Assembly: GCA_002897675.1 (NCBI GenBank) | Contig: BDSU01000045.1 | Span: forward strand, 23,282 to 87,281 | Source of the DNA: a bacterium BMS3Abin02 | GTDB taxonomy: Bacteria; Actinomycetota; Acidimicrobiia; Spongiisociales; UBA4744 | Direction: 5' to 3' | DNA: 64,000 nucleotides | In this document: piece after piece, positions 1 through 10,218 of the stretch | Position numbering within the stretch: the first letter of the stretch is position 1 | Layout of the letters: the number at the start of each line of letters is the position of its first letter | Program-made: the position numbers and the translations under genes | The notes under the pieces: generated by a model | The model's input: the letters and a program-made list of their open reading frames with translations, nothing else | What the model was told of the DNA's origin: nothing | The model's database searches: none

Positions 1-129
1 AACCGCCCGATCGTATGGCGCGGCGCATCTGGAAGCTCGAACGCGAAGCAACACGAAGTCGGTTCACGCGTCACGGCATCGCCGTCGTGCAGTGGGATCC
101 GAGCGAACCTTTGCAGCAAGCGCTCGTGG

Positions 130-720
130 ATGCGCAGAGCTACCGAAGGAGCTGTCTCCGTGCGCGAGCGTGAATCCATCGTGTTGGAGAGGACCGGCAC
201 ACGCCGGGCTGTCCGCCGGGATGTGGTGACCGCCCTGCTGGGAGGGCTCGCCGTGCTGCTCGCCGGCGTCATTGGGGTGTTCGGCTCCACGGGGCTTCCT
301 CCCCTCCGACTTGTCGCGCTCGTGGCACTGGTGTTGCTGGCTCTCGGACTGACCGCAGGTGCGTTGTGGCCGATCACCGGCGCCGTGGTGCTGCTTGTTG
401 TCGAATGGGCCGTTGGCCTGGCCGCGGGATCGATTGTGTCCGAATGGACTCCACGCCTTGCCGTCGGGCTGTATCTGCTCATCGAGTCGGGGGTTACGGT
501 GCTCGAGCGAAGAGGCATCGTGGAGGCGCCGGGAGAGCCGGCATGGGGCAGGATCGCCGGGGTTGCCGTGACGTCACTTGTCGTGTGGACGGTGGCGGCA
601 CTGATTGTCCAGCTGAGCCGATTCGACGTGTCCGCCGGGGCCTTGACCCAGATCGCAGGCTCGGCGGCGGCGGCGGCGGTGGTCGCGACGCTCAGCTGGT
701 TGCTGCGAAAGAGGATGTGA
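130..720 (+). CDS. hypothetical polytopic membrane protein
   Basis: 196-aa ORF with several long hydrophobic segments (LLGGLAVLLAGVIGVFG..., LVALVALVLLALGLTAG...); no recognisable catalytic motif. Confidence 0.4.
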   Translation: MRRATEGAVSVRERESIVLERTGTRRAVRRDVVTALLGGLAVLLAGVIGVFGSTGLPPLRLVALVALVLLALGLTAGALWPITGAVVLLVVEWAVGLAAGSIVSEWTPRLAVGLYLLIESGVTVLERRGIVEAPGEPAWGRIAGVAVTSLVVWTVAALIVQLSRFDVSAGALTQIAGSAAAAAVVATLSWLLRKRM

Positions 721-870
721 GCCGAACTCGGCCGGCTGCACCGGGTCGCGACGGTCCCCATGCCTGGGCGGCGACTCTTTCGAGCACGGAGCGGTTCGTG
801 ATTCCGATTCTGGGACAGCCGGTCACCTCTTTGAGAGGATGGGCAACGGCCCGGTCTGGCTGCCCGTGCC

Positions 871-1503
871 CTATCGAGCTTCTCGTGCGGGGCGGAGGAG
901 CACCTCGCCCCCGATCGGACGGAAACCCGCAGCGAGGAAAGCCCGCAGTGACGCCGCATTGCCGGGCGAAACCGACGCAAAGAGCCAACCGGCCTCGCAG
1001 GCGAGTCCCCGTGCATCAGTGATGAGGCTGCGACCCGCACCCCTTGAACGAGCATGTTCGGGTATCTCGACACTCACGTCCAGCCGCCCTGCCATGCCGG
1101 TACCGATGATGACCAGTCCGCGGTCGTCGCCGTAGACATGCACGTCGACCCGTAGATTCCGGGCAAGTCGAACCCGTGGATGATCGTCGAGATCGGACCG
1201 TTCCGGCAGCGCCGGAGCGTCGAGTCCGGGTGCGACGAGGAGATTGTCGAGACAGCCGATCCATCCGTCTTCGCCGGCAAGCCATGTGAGGAACCTCGCG
1301 TCGTGCGCGCCGCCGTATCCGTCCGCCCCCGCCGCTCGGATTGCATCCGCCTCGAGAGCGGTAGCGACGAAGGCGTGTCCGGTGAAAGCGATGACCGCTT
1401 CGAGGCTGCGCCACCGGGGCAGCACGTCGACAGCTCCGTCGACGGGAGGGAAACGGCCCGCCGCGGCATTCTGGAGCACGGCGAGAAGGGGATGCGCTGC
1501 CAT
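871..1503 (-). CDS. GNAT-family acetyltransferase-like protein (start at internal Met MAAHPLL)
   Basis: C-terminus ...GNAASLRAFLAAGFRPIGGEVLL resembles the GNAT fold C-terminal motif. An ATG at 1503 was located on the sequence; the longer track ORF upstream is Arg/Ser-rich and unlikely to be coding. Confidence 0.4.
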   Translation of the reverse strand: MAAHPLLAVLQNAAAGRFPPVDGAVDVLPRWRSLEAVIAFTGHAFVATALEADAIRAAGADGYGGAHDARFLTWLAGEDGWIGCLDNLLVAPGLDAPALPERSDLDDHPRVRLARNLRVDVHVYGDDRGLVIIGTGMAGRLDVSVEIPEHARSRGAGRSLITDARGLACEAGWLFASVSPGNAASLRAFLAAGFRPIGGEVLLRPAREAR

Positions 1504-1879
1504 GACGAGGGATGGTACCGAGAAGTCAGTGGGCTGCGAACGCCTCTGGTGTGACCGGACTGTTCGCCGGCATGATGTCCAGAGCAAACCCGTGCAGATT
1601 CGCCATGCTTGCCGCGTGCCTCGGTCACAGGACGAAGAGCGAGGAGAGGAAGATGGCACCGCCGACGACTTGAGCGATGGTCGCGATCATGATCGAGACA
1701 GGCGGCAGATACGGGCACTCCACATGTCCTTCTTTGCCGGTGGGCCCTTCCTCGGTGAAGGGCCCACCGCCCGTGGGACGTGCAACGCTGCCGGAAGAGA
1801 GGATCTGCACGGCTTGTCGACAGGCGACGATATGTGCGCTTTCCGCCACCATCGTCGGTGAGCGGTATCCTCATCCGTC

Positions 1880-3436
1880 ATGCAACCCTCTCGCCACCGT
1901 GGCGGAACCCGAGGAGCCGTTGCGGCGTTTTGGTCCGCGATCCTTCCCGGCCTCGGGCAGCTCTACACAGGGCACCGGCGGCGAGGATGGGCGATGCTTC
2001 TGGTCACGTTGACGCTGGTGGTCGCCGTCGGAGCTGTTGCCTCCGCAGGGCTGTCGACGCTGCTGAAGGCGCTTGTTCAGCCGGACGTTCTCGTTGGTAT
2101 CTTTGTCGGCAACATCGTGCTCTTTGTGTTGCGGGTGGCAGCTGCGATCGACGCGTACCGGCTCGGAGCCGGGATTCCGGGTGGTTTGCTTCGGCCCGAT
2201 TTCGCGGGGCTGTTCATCGTCCTCGCCGCGATCCTCCTCGTTGTTCCCCACGCGTATCTCGGATACGCGGACGTCGTCACCCATCGAGCGATCAGCTCCG
2301 TGTTCGAGTCGGTGTCTCCGACTTTGGCGACCGCGGAATCGGTGGCATCGACAACGACGGTCGCGGGGAGGGATGCGATTTCCCCGACCAGCACAGCCAC
2401 GTTGCCGACGACGACCACGACGACTGCCCCTCTCTGGGCAGGCCAGGGAAGGTTCAACATCTTGTTGCTCGGCGGTGACGCGGGAGTGGGGAGGACCGGG
2501 ATACGCACCGACACGATGATGGTGGTGAGCATCGATCCCGAAACCGGGGACTCGGCGATCCTGCAAGTGCCACGCAACTTTGCGCAGATGCCGCTGCCGG
2601 AGAATCTGCAGATCAACGAGTGCAACTGCTTTTCCGACATTGCCAACGCGATCTATCAGTTCGGAGAGCAGCATCCGGATCTCTATCCCGACGTAGCCGA
2701 TCCCGGAGCGGCGCTGATCATGGCCTCGTTCCAACGGCTGATGGGCATCCAGATCCACTACTACGCGCTCGTCGACCTGGAGGGCTTCGTCGACATGGTG
2801 GACGCCGTGGGGGGCGTCTCGATCTATGTTTCCGAGCGCGTATACGACAAGAACTACCCGCATGAGGATGGAACGACCGAAGTGATCGACATCCAGCCGG
2901 GCGAATACAAGATGGATGGCCATCTGGCGCTCGCATACGCACGATCCCGGCACGGCTCCGACGACTACAACAGGATGGGACGGCAGCGCTGCGTCCTCGA
3001 AGCGATGCTGAAGGAGGCCAACCCCGTCACGATGGCATTGAGGATCGGACCAATCACCGACGCGATCTCCAGCTACGTGAAAACCAACATTCCGATCGAC
3101 CAGCTCCCCAATCTGATCGACCTGCTGCCGAAACTCGACTCGGACCGGATCGTCAGCGTTCGGTTCATGCCGCCGACCTATGTCGCCGGGTACACGAAGG
3201 ATCGATACTCGATTCCGGATGTCGACAAGATCAGGCAGACAGTATCCCTCGTGATGAGTGTCCCCGCACAGGAGGCGATCACCGAGCTCGGATTGGCTCC
3301 GTTGTCGTCGACCTGCGAGAAGCCGGAGCCGACCACGACGACCACGACCACCACGACCACGAGCACGACGACGACCCAGCCCACGACGACCACGAGCACG
3401 ACGACGACGCAGCCCACGACGACGACGAATCCTTGA
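1880..3436 (+). CDS. LytR-Cps2A-Psr (LCP) family cell-envelope glycopolymer transferase with a Thr/Pro-rich C-terminal tail
   Basis: N-terminal TM helices, then the LCP core (LGGDAGVGRTGIRTDTMMVVSIDPETG...ILQVPRN...HYYALVDLEGFVDMVDAVGGVSIYV...YNRMGRQRCVLEAM). C-terminus is PEPTTTTTTTTTTSTTTTQPTTTT repeats. Confidence 0.85.
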   Translation: MQPSRHRGGTRGAVAAFWSAILPGLGQLYTGHRRRGWAMLLVTLTLVVAVGAVASAGLSTLLKALVQPDVLVGIFVGNIVLFVLRVAAAIDAYRLGAGIPGGLLRPDFAGLFIVLAAILLVVPHAYLGYADVVTHRAISSVFESVSPTLATAESVASTTTVAGRDAISPTSTATLPTTTTTTAPLWAGQGRFNILLLGGDAGVGRTGIRTDTMMVVSIDPETGDSAILQVPRNFAQMPLPENLQINECNCFSDIANAIYQFGEQHPDLYPDVADPGAALIMASFQRLMGIQIHYYALVDLEGFVDMVDAVGGVSIYVSERVYDKNYPHEDGTTEVIDIQPGEYKMDGHLALAYARSRHGSDDYNRMGRQRCVLEAMLKEANPVTMALRIGPITDAISSYVKTNIPIDQLPNLIDLLPKLDSDRIVSVRFMPPTYVAGYTKDRYSIPDVDKIRQTVSLVMSVPAQEAITELGLAPLSSTCEKPEPTTTTTTTTTTSTTTTQPTTTTSTTTTQPTTTTNP

Positions 3437-3700
3437 CGGTTAGTTCGGGGTATGTCTGGAAAGCCGGGGTCGCACGGACAACGTTCTTCAGAACCGAGGA
3501 TTGCTGGATGCTCCGCGATCCGAGCCGCGGCTGCGATGGCGGTCCGGCGGTCCTACCACGGCACCCTGGCGTCAGGTGAAACGAGGCTCGTCGCGTTCTC
3601 CGCCTCGACGCAGCGTGCGACTGTGCCTTGTCGCGTCTGAGCCGTTACGCTCGCCCTACGGTCCTGCATCACCGGTGCGTCTCAGGTACCAGGTGCCCAC

Positions 3701-5467
3701 CTACTCACCGGGGTCACGAATGATTGCCGGAATCGTTGCGGCGAGGATCTTGAGGTCGAGCAGGAGCGTCCGGCTGCGGACGTACTCCGTGTCGTAGCGG
3801 TTGCGTTGCTCGGGTGAGATGGCATCTCTGCCGTGCACTTGCGCCAGCCCCGTGATCCCGGGCTTTACGATTCGCCGCGTGGGGTCGCCGAGCAGCTCCG
3901 ATTCTGCAGGGACCAGCGGTCGTGGGCCGACGAGCGACATCTCTCCCCGGATGACATTCCAGAGGTTTGGAAGCTCGTCGAGGGAGCCCTTGCGAAGCAG
4001 CCTGCCGATCGGGGTTACGCGAGGGTCGTTGTCCATTTTGAGACGATTCCGCTGCGGTTGGTCTCTGAGCTGCTCGAGATGCTCGAGATGGACGGTCTCG
4101 TCGGCGTTGTGTTGCATCGTGCGGAACTTCAACATGGCGAACTGCTTCCCGTTCAGGCCGACTCGCGTCTGGTGGAAGAACACCGGTCCGCGCGAGTTGA
4201 GCTTCACGGCGATCACCACGGCGCCCATGGCCGGCAACAGGACGAGCAGCAGTGCGGTCCCGATGACGATGTCGAGGGTGCGTTTCAGTGTCGTGTAGAC
4301 GATGGGGCTCGAAAACCGTGCCGCCATCGCTGCGAGCGTGAACACTGCCGCTCCTTCTCCGGCGAGAAACGCGACTCCGATGCGGAAGTCCGGCTCACCC
4401 GAGGCCAGGAGCAGTCCGGCCGCCGCCGCGACCAGGCCGATGACCCAGGCGAGCGTGAGCTTTCCGGTCTCCCCCCTGGCGACCAGGACCTGCCCGAGAA
4501 ACAGCGAGGCGCCCGCGAGGGTAACCCCGGCAGCGGCGAGCATCGCGAAGGCAGGCTCCGGCCTGAAGCCGATGCCGAAGAGCGCCTCGACGATGGGCGG
4601 TCCAAGCCAGAACCCCAAGAACCCTGCGGGAACGGCGGTGATGACGCCCGAAGCGAGGAGAAGGCCCACCCAGCGGGTGAGCTGTGCGTCTTCGCCACGT
4701 TGGGCCATCACCGTGAACGGAGGCAGCACTCTGGCGATCAGGTTGTATCCGAAGGTGAGCGGCGCTCGCGCCAGGGTCATGGTGACGAAGACAGTGGAGA
4801 TCAGCGCTGCCGTCGCGCCGAGGAAACCTGCGACGAGCGGGCCTGCGAGCAGAAGCACTTGTGAGGTGGCGGCAGCGAGGATGAACGTGACGAGGAATCG
4901 GGCCGGCTCCGTTCTCTGATCGGGGATGGAGGTGATGCGTAGCGAGGTGGGCCACATGAGGATCACGAGGGGTCCCACCGCAAGAGCGGCAGCGAAGCCG
5001 AGCGCACTGTCGGTCACGATTGCCACAATCACTGCAACGCTCACGCGCAGGATGGCCGCTCCGCCGCTTGCCTCTCCGTAGGAGCGAAAGCGGCGACTTC
5101 CTGCGAGTGTTCCGCGCCCGTGCACGAACAACGCGTGGGTCATCACCGTGACTGCGGCGAGGTACGCGAACCGGACGTCGCCGGCGAACAGCCGATCCTT
5201 GCCCCAGATGCCTACGGCGAAGGCGAGTGCAGCCGTCAGGACAACGGTGATCCGGCCGGTTCGGGCCGTCGCTCTGGTCAGCCCGCCCCGGATGGTGATC
5301 GCTCGGATCACGAGTTGCTCGACGGGGAGCAGCACGATGATGAATGTCAGGAAATGGATGGTGAGCAGCGACCCGATCGGCGCGAACTGCTCGGGTCCCA
5401 GAACGCGGCCACCGATGAGCTGGTAGACGTAGCTGCCGACACCGGCGATGAGTGTTCCGGTGACCAT
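3701..5467 (-). CDS. fusion protein: polytopic polysaccharide-biosynthesis/flippase-like membrane domain + C-terminal bacterial sugar transferase (polyprenyl-phosphate glycosyl-1-phosphate transferase) domain
   Basis: N-terminal ~420 aa has >10 predicted TM helices (MVTGTLIAGVGSYVYQLIGGRVLGPEQFAPIGSLLTIHFL...). C-terminal ~200 aa matches WbaP/EpsB-type sugar transferase (TLKRTLDIVIGTALLLVLLP...KLNSRGPVFFHQTRVGLNGKQFAMLKFRTM...LDELPNLWNVIRGEMSLVGPRP...ITGLAQV). Start placed at the ATG at 5467. Confidence 0.7.
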   Translation of the reverse strand: MVTGTLIAGVGSYVYQLIGGRVLGPEQFAPIGSLLTIHFLTFIIVLLPVEQLVIRAITIRGGLTRATARTGRITVVLTAALAFAVGIWGKDRLFAGDVRFAYLAAVTVMTHALFVHGRGTLAGSRRFRSYGEASGGAAILRVSVAVIVAIVTDSALGFAAALAVGPLVILMWPTSLRITSIPDQRTEPARFLVTFILAAATSQVLLLAGPLVAGFLGATAALISTVFVTMTLARAPLTFGYNLIARVLPPFTVMAQRGEDAQLTRWVGLLLASGVITAVPAGFLGFWLGPPIVEALFGIGFRPEPAFAMLAAAGVTLAGASLFLGQVLVARGETGKLTLAWVIGLVAAAAGLLLASGEPDFRIGVAFLAGEGAAVFTLAAMAARFSSPIVYTTLKRTLDIVIGTALLLVLLPAMGAVVIAVKLNSRGPVFFHQTRVGLNGKQFAMLKFRTMQHNADETVHLEHLEQLRDQPQRNRLKMDNDPRVTPIGRLLRKGSLDELPNLWNVIRGEMSLVGPRPLVPAESELLGDPTRRIVKPGITGLAQVHGRDAISPEQRNRYDTEYVRSRTLLLDLKILAATIPAIIRDPGE

Positions 5468-5629
5468 CGCGGCGGTGCCGTCTCTGGTCAGGTATCTCAG
5501 GTTGGATGCTCTCTGATGTGTCACGGGGATCGAGGGTCGGCGAACCGAACCAGCGTAGTGGGCCGGATCTCGGGACCGACGATCGATCAGGTTCTCGAAA
5601 GAGCACAAGCCGGTGGTTAACTGTCACTC

Positions 5630-7192
5630 ATGCGAACAGGTCGCACAGGAACAACCATGCTGCTCACGGCGGTGACCGTCTTCGCCGCGGTCCTCGGAGG
5701 ATGGCAGCTCGCGCGGTTTGTGGCAGGTGTGGAGACGACGAGCACGACCGTCGCTGCGGCGCCCGTCGTCACGACTGCCGAACCAACGGCGACCACACAC
5801 CCGGCCGCGACCACGACGACGACATCGACGACAACGACGACGGTTCCTTTTGCTCGGTTCGGTGACGCGCGCACGGTTGGAGGACAAGTTGGATCTGTCG
5901 ATGGACTGACGATGTTCAGGGGGAATCCGAGCCGCACGTTCTACGGGGAGGGCCCGGTTCCCGAGAAGCCGGTGGTTCTGTGGAGGTACCCGGATGCGGC
6001 AATGTGTGGCCGGTCGACCGTCCACGAAGAGACGGACCTGTGGTGTGGTACCGGATGGACGGGCCAACCCGTCGTCTGGTCACGCAACGATGGTGTTACC
6101 GAGGTCATCATCGGCGCCTACGACAAAGCGGTCCACTTCATCGATGCCGACACCGGGATGGATACGAGGCCGCCGTTTCCCACCGGGGATCTCGTCAAGG
6201 GCTCCGGTTCGCTCGATCCGGACGGGTATCCGCTGTACTACTTCGGATCGAGAGACAACAACTTGCGCATCCTGGCCCTCGATCGGGACGTTCCCACCGA
6301 GCTGTGGGCCCTGAACGCCAATGTCGTCGCAGGCATGTGGAACAACGACTGGGACGGCGATCCGGTGATCATCGACGACATCCTGTTCGAGGGGGGCGAG
6401 AACAGTTACTTCTTCGCGTACCGGCTCAACCGCTCGTACGGTCCAGACGGGTTGGTGGAAGTGAATCCCGAGCCGCTCATCCAGTTCCCCGTCTTCACCG
6501 ACGAGCTCGTCCGGAAGCTGGGAAGGGAGCAGAGCATCGAGAACTCGGTGGCCGTGTACGAGAACCGCGTGTACTTCGCCAACTCGGCAGGGCGGGTCGT
6601 CGGACTCGACCTGACCCGTATCGACGATAGGGAAGCCCCAGTCGTATTCGACTACTGGGACGGTGACGACACGGACGCCACGATCACGGTCGATCGCGAG
6701 GGGATGCTGTACGTCGCCATCGAGATGCAGCGATTCAACGAGCGGTCGAGAGAGGTCGGGCAGATCATCAAACTCGATCCATACACGGATGGTGACCCTC
6801 GGCTGTGGGGGGTTGCGGTTCCTCCGGTCGGCAATGGCCAGGGAGGTGTGTGGGCGACTCCTGCGTTGGGTGACGGGGTGCTCTACGTTGCCACCCAACC
6901 CGGGGAGCTCCTGGCGATCGACACCGAAACCGGCGAGGTCGTGTGGCGTGACGATGTCGGCTGGCACGCCTGGTCGTCACCGGTGATCGTGGACGACACG
7001 CTGGTCCAAGCGGTGAACTGTGGTGTGGGCGGGGCGCTACGAGCCTACGACCTCACGGATCCCCGGTCTCCCGTGCAGGTGTGGGAGACCGACGCGGTGG
7101 GCGGATGCATCGAATCGACCCCGGCGATATGGAAGGGGCGGATCTACGTGGGGTCTCGGGACGGGTTCTTCTACGCGTTCGGGAACGAGTAG
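5630..7192 (+). CDS. PQQ-like beta-propeller repeat protein, membrane-anchored or secreted, with a Thr-rich linker
   Basis: N-terminal TM/signal segment, TTTTSTTTTT linker, then repeated W/G-rich propeller blades (VVWRDDVGWHAWSSPVIVDDTLV..., GRIYVGSRDGFFYAFG) typical of PQQ/BamB-like beta-propellers. Confidence 0.65.
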   Translation: MRTGRTGTTMLLTAVTVFAAVLGGWQLARFVAGVETTSTTVAAAPVVTTAEPTATTHPAATTTTTSTTTTTVPFARFGDARTVGGQVGSVDGLTMFRGNPSRTFYGEGPVPEKPVVLWRYPDAAMCGRSTVHEETDLWCGTGWTGQPVVWSRNDGVTEVIIGAYDKAVHFIDADTGMDTRPPFPTGDLVKGSGSLDPDGYPLYYFGSRDNNLRILALDRDVPTELWALNANVVAGMWNNDWDGDPVIIDDILFEGGENSYFFAYRLNRSYGPDGLVEVNPEPLIQFPVFTDELVRKLGREQSIENSVAVYENRVYFANSAGRVVGLDLTRIDDREAPVVFDYWDGDDTDATITVDREGMLYVAIEMQRFNERSREVGQIIKLDPYTDGDPRLWGVAVPPVGNGQGGVWATPALGDGVLYVATQPGELLAIDTETGEVVWRDDVGWHAWSSPVIVDDTLVQAVNCGVGGALRAYDLTDPRSPVQVWETDAVGGCIESTPAIWKGRIYVGSRDGFFYAFGNE

Positions 7193-7499
7193 GGAGATTC
7201 GGCCCATGTGGCCGACGCGAGAAGTGGGAGCGTCGGAGACATGGTGCTTCCGAAGGTGTGACATGGGCCTGGGCGGCGTGATCATCTTGGATCTCGACGG
7301 ATCCGCGCACCGGATCGGGGAGATCACTGATCGGTCGGTGGCCGGAGTCGTCGATGCGGACGGCGAACCGGCTCATGCGTATCGGGGTGCCGGTGTTGGT
7401 GGCTCTCCCGAGGTGTGTTCCTTGGGTTCTTGCGACCGTGGAGCACGCCTGCACGCGAGGCAGGCCCCCGCTTTCGCAAGGACCTGCCGGTGGAGATCC

Positions 7500-7724
7500 T
7501 CAGACGCTGTCATCCTCTTGGGTCTCGAGTCGTTCGGCCTTTCTGCGATCCGGCCGCAGCGCCGATCCGGCGATCAGAACACCGGCGACGATCACGGCCG
7601 TCGGCCACAGCCACCGTATCTCCAGACGGAGGGGAGTGTCCGAGATCAGAACCGGCAGGGCGATGACGATGAAGATCAGGCCGAACACCAGTGAGACGAT
7701 GTCGAGTGTGTGCTGTTCTCTCAT
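7500..7724 (-). CDS. small membrane protein (74 aa), translationally coupled downstream of the PspC-domain gene
   Basis: Two hydrophobic helices (LVFGLIFIVIALPVLI, WLWPTAVIVAGVLIAGSAL). ATGA overlap with the upstream ORF stop at 7721-7724. Confidence 0.4.
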   Translation of the reverse strand: MREQHTLDIVSLVFGLIFIVIALPVLISDTPLRLEIRWLWPTAVIVAGVLIAGSALRPDRRKAERLETQEDDSV

Positions 7725-8875
7725 CGATTGCCTTCCTGTGTCACGGTGATCTTGCCTGCCCCGACGCTCAGGTCGATGCGGGCGTTTCCGGCGGTGCTGG
7801 TGCCATCGATGGAAACCGTTCTTCCTACGCCGAGGCCCTGGCTCGTCGTTCCCAGCACGTTCAGCTCGCCGACGCCGAGGCGGGAGTTGATCGTTGCGCC
7901 GATGCCCTCGGGGAGGATGACGTTGAGCTCTCCCGCTCCGAGATTGGCGCGGAATGCGAAGTCGGAAGAGGGAATGTCCGACAGGTCGATGGTGAGCGTG
8001 CCGGCATCGAGCTCGTAGCGACTGCTGACCTGTGCGGCGGACTGCGGGTTGTAGGTGACCACCTGGCGGTCCTGGACGGCGTTGACCGTGCTGTCAATCG
8101 CGGCGATTCCCATGGCGAACGCCAGGATCAGGCCGACGGCGATCAGACCCCGGGAACGTCCCCAAACTGCGCCGACGACCAGACCTGCTCCGACGATGAC
8201 CAGAGCCGCCGCGAAGTAGTGTCGGGGTTCGGGGAAAAGAACCCCGGCATTGTCGAGCAGTGCGAGGATGCCTAGACCGATCAGCGTCGCGGCAAGGGTG
8301 AACCGACCGAGGTTGGACTGCTGCCGCGGCTCTCGTCGAGGTCGTGGTCGGCGCTGTTTCGCTCGGGTCGTGACCAGAGCGGATTCAGAGAAGGCCGCTG
8401 CTTGCTTCGATGCCTTTGGTTCTCTCGGTGTCTTTGGTCGCCTGGCCGGGCCTTCTCCCAGATACAGGAGGATGCCGATTCCGAGCAGGGCAAACGCAAC
8501 CAGGACACCGGATCCTCCGACGTTCAACGACGAGAGGATCCAGATTGCAGCGATGACGATCAGCGCCACGCCGATCCAGGCCGGTCCTGTGGAGATCCCC
8601 TGCACCCATCCTTCGACAATCGAGTCATCCGATCCTTCTTCCGGGATGACCAGCCAACCTGCCAGATACAGCAGAATGCCGAGGCCGCCCGCGAAGACGA
8701 GGAGGAAGAAGGCGAGACGAATCAGCCATGCTTCCACGTTGAAGTAGCCGGCAATGCCGGCTGCAACGCCACCCAGGACGCCGTGAACACGACGTAGGGG
8801 CGGGCGGCCCACCCCTGGTCCGCCTTCGGTTCGGTCTTCTACCTCCGGTGGCGGGGCTTCCTTGTGATTACTCAT
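7721..8875 (-). CDS. PspC-domain membrane protein with a C-terminal beta-rich (putative adhesin/LiaF-like) domain
   Basis: PspC motif (LRRVHGVLGGVAAGIAGYFNVEAWLIRLAFFLLVFAGGLGILLYLAGWL), multiple TM segments, C-terminal repeats (...GVGELNVLG...RIDLSVGAGKITV). Start chosen at Met MSNHKEAPPPE. Confidence 0.7.
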   Translation of the reverse strand: MSNHKEAPPPEVEDRTEGGPGVGRPPLRRVHGVLGGVAAGIAGYFNVEAWLIRLAFFLLVFAGGLGILLYLAGWLVIPEEGSDDSIVEGWVQGISTGPAWIGVALIVIAAIWILSSLNVGGSGVLVAFALLGIGILLYLGEGPARRPKTPREPKASKQAAAFSESALVTTRAKQRRPRPRREPRQQSNLGRFTLAATLIGLGILALLDNAGVLFPEPRHYFAAALVIVGAGLVVGAVWGRSRGLIAVGLILAFAMGIAAIDSTVNAVQDRQVVTYNPQSAAQVSSRYELDAGTLTIDLSDIPSSDFAFRANLGAGELNVILPEGIGATINSRLGVGELNVLGTTSQGLGVGRTVSIDGTSTAGNARIDLSVGAGKITVTQEGNR

Positions 8876-8994
8876 GGGGCCATCTTCACCCTCGTGTCCC
8901 ATCCGGTCTATGAGGACTGTCCCTGATGAAACCCTGACGCTTCTCCGGGTCTGTAGGGGGTATCCCCTGTTGTGGAGCGCAGCTGTCCTGTGCA

Positions 8995-10218
8995 ATGATC
9001 CACACAGGTTCCTTCCAGGGGTTCACGATCAAGGATCACCGTTTCAAGATTGCCATCCGCAGAAGTGAAGACCGGCTGGTCACCGGTCTTGCCGCGGGCG
9101 TCGCCGAGACACTTGGGGTTGCCTCCGTGTTCGTGCGTGCGGCATTCGTGGCGCTGGCGTTTGCGGGTGGCGTGGGCGTGTTGCTCTATCTGATCGGCTG
9201 GGTACTGACTCTGGAAGACGCAGACCCATCGGCCGTCGAGGCACTTCGGAAACGAGTAGCTGCTCGCACCAGCAGGCAAAGGTTCGCACTGGCGGTCATG
9301 TTCCTCGGTGTCTTGCTACTGCTGAGATCGATGGGGCTCTGGTTCGGGGATTCTCTCGTCTGGCCGGTGTCACTGGTCGCCTTCGGCTTCGCTCTCACGT
9401 GGTCGCGGCTCGACGAAGCGGGGCGAACCCGATGGGCACGCCGAACGTTCTCCACCGAGGACCTGAAAGGGACACTCGCCCGTCTCGCCGTCGGAGGGCT
9501 CCTCATGACGGTGGGGCTCGGCCTGTACTTGCGTTCGATCGACGCCGTAGCCTTGGTCGGCGGCGTCGTTCTGGCCGTACTGATGACCGCCGTAGGTCTC
9601 GGTCTGATCCTCGGTCCGTGGGTGTGGCGGCTCATTACGCAGCTCACCACGGAACGGAGAGAACGAATCCGATCCGACGAGAGAGCGGAAGTGGCCGCCC
9701 ACTTGCACGACTCGGTGCTCCAGACACTGGCGCTCATCCAACGTGCCGACGATGTGCACGCCATGGTGATGCTGGCACGGCGGCAGGAGCGGGAACTGCG
9801 AGCCTGGCTGTACGGCGGTCCTGTCCCTGAAGGGGGGACATTGCGTGGTGCGCTGGAACAGGCCGCGGCTCGGTTGGAGGAAGTCCATCAGGTACCCGTC
9901 GATGTCGTAGCGGTCGGAGATGCACCGCTGGACGATAAGTTGCGCGCACTCGTCGCGGCTGCCGGAGAGGCGATGACGAACGCCGCTCGTCATTCGGGAA
10001 GTGATCATGTCTCCGTGTTCGCCGAAGTCTCGAATGGCACGATCGACGTGTACGTGAGCGATCAGGGGATCGGCTTCGATACGGCGGTGGTGCCCGATGG
10101 CCACCGTGGAATCGCAGAGTCGATCGTCGGCAGGATGCAGCGTCAGGGTGGCGAGGCGGCAATTGCAAGCGAGGTGGGTGTTGGCACCGAGGTGCATCTG
10201 AAAGTGGGGCGTTCATGA
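8995..10218 (+). CDS. PspC-domain sensor histidine kinase (LiaS/VraS-like, HisKA_3 + HATPase_c)
   Basis: N-terminal PspC domain (RRSEDRLVTGLAAGVAETLGVASVFVRAAFVALAFAGGVGVLLYLIGW), TM segments, H-box EVAAHLHDSVLQTLALIQ, ATPase region GIGFD...GGEAAIASEVGVGTEV. Divergent from the PspC protein gene. Confidence 0.85.
   Translation: MIHTGSFQGFTIKDHRFKIAIRRSEDRLVTGLAAGVAETLGVASVFVRAAFVALAFAGGVGVLLYLIGWVLTLEDADPSAVEALRKRVAARTSRQRFALAVMFLGVLLLLRSMGLWFGDSLVWPVSLVAFGFALTWSRLDEAGRTRWARRTFSTEDLKGTLARLAVGGLLMTVGLGLYLRSIDAVALVGGVVLAVLMTAVGLGLILGPWVWRLITQLTTERRERIRSDERAEVAAHLHDSVLQTLALIQRADDVHAMVMLARRQERELRAWLYGGPVPEGGTLRGALEQAAARLEEVHQVPVDVVAVGDAPLDDKLRALVAAAGEAMTNAARHSGSDHVSVFAEVSNGTIDVYVSDQGIGFDTAVVPDGHRGIAESIVGRMQRQGGEAAIASEVGVGTEVHLKVGRS

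Noticed and set aside
1625-1852. 75-aa minus-strand ORF with a C-terminal hydrophobic tail between the GNAT gene and the LCP gene
   Set aside because: No recognisable motif; it sits in the probable LCP promoter region. Could be a real tail-anchored micro-protein, but the evidence is insufficient to list it as a feature.
3330-3436. Short tandem direct repeats (accacgacgacgacc...cagcccacgacgacc) that could be mistaken for a CRISPR-like array; similar repeats occur at 5760-5850, 16480-16580 and 34090-34170
   Set aside because: They are in-frame Thr/Pro/Ala codon repeats inside coding sequences (low-complexity linkers), have no unique spacers, and no cas genes are nearby.
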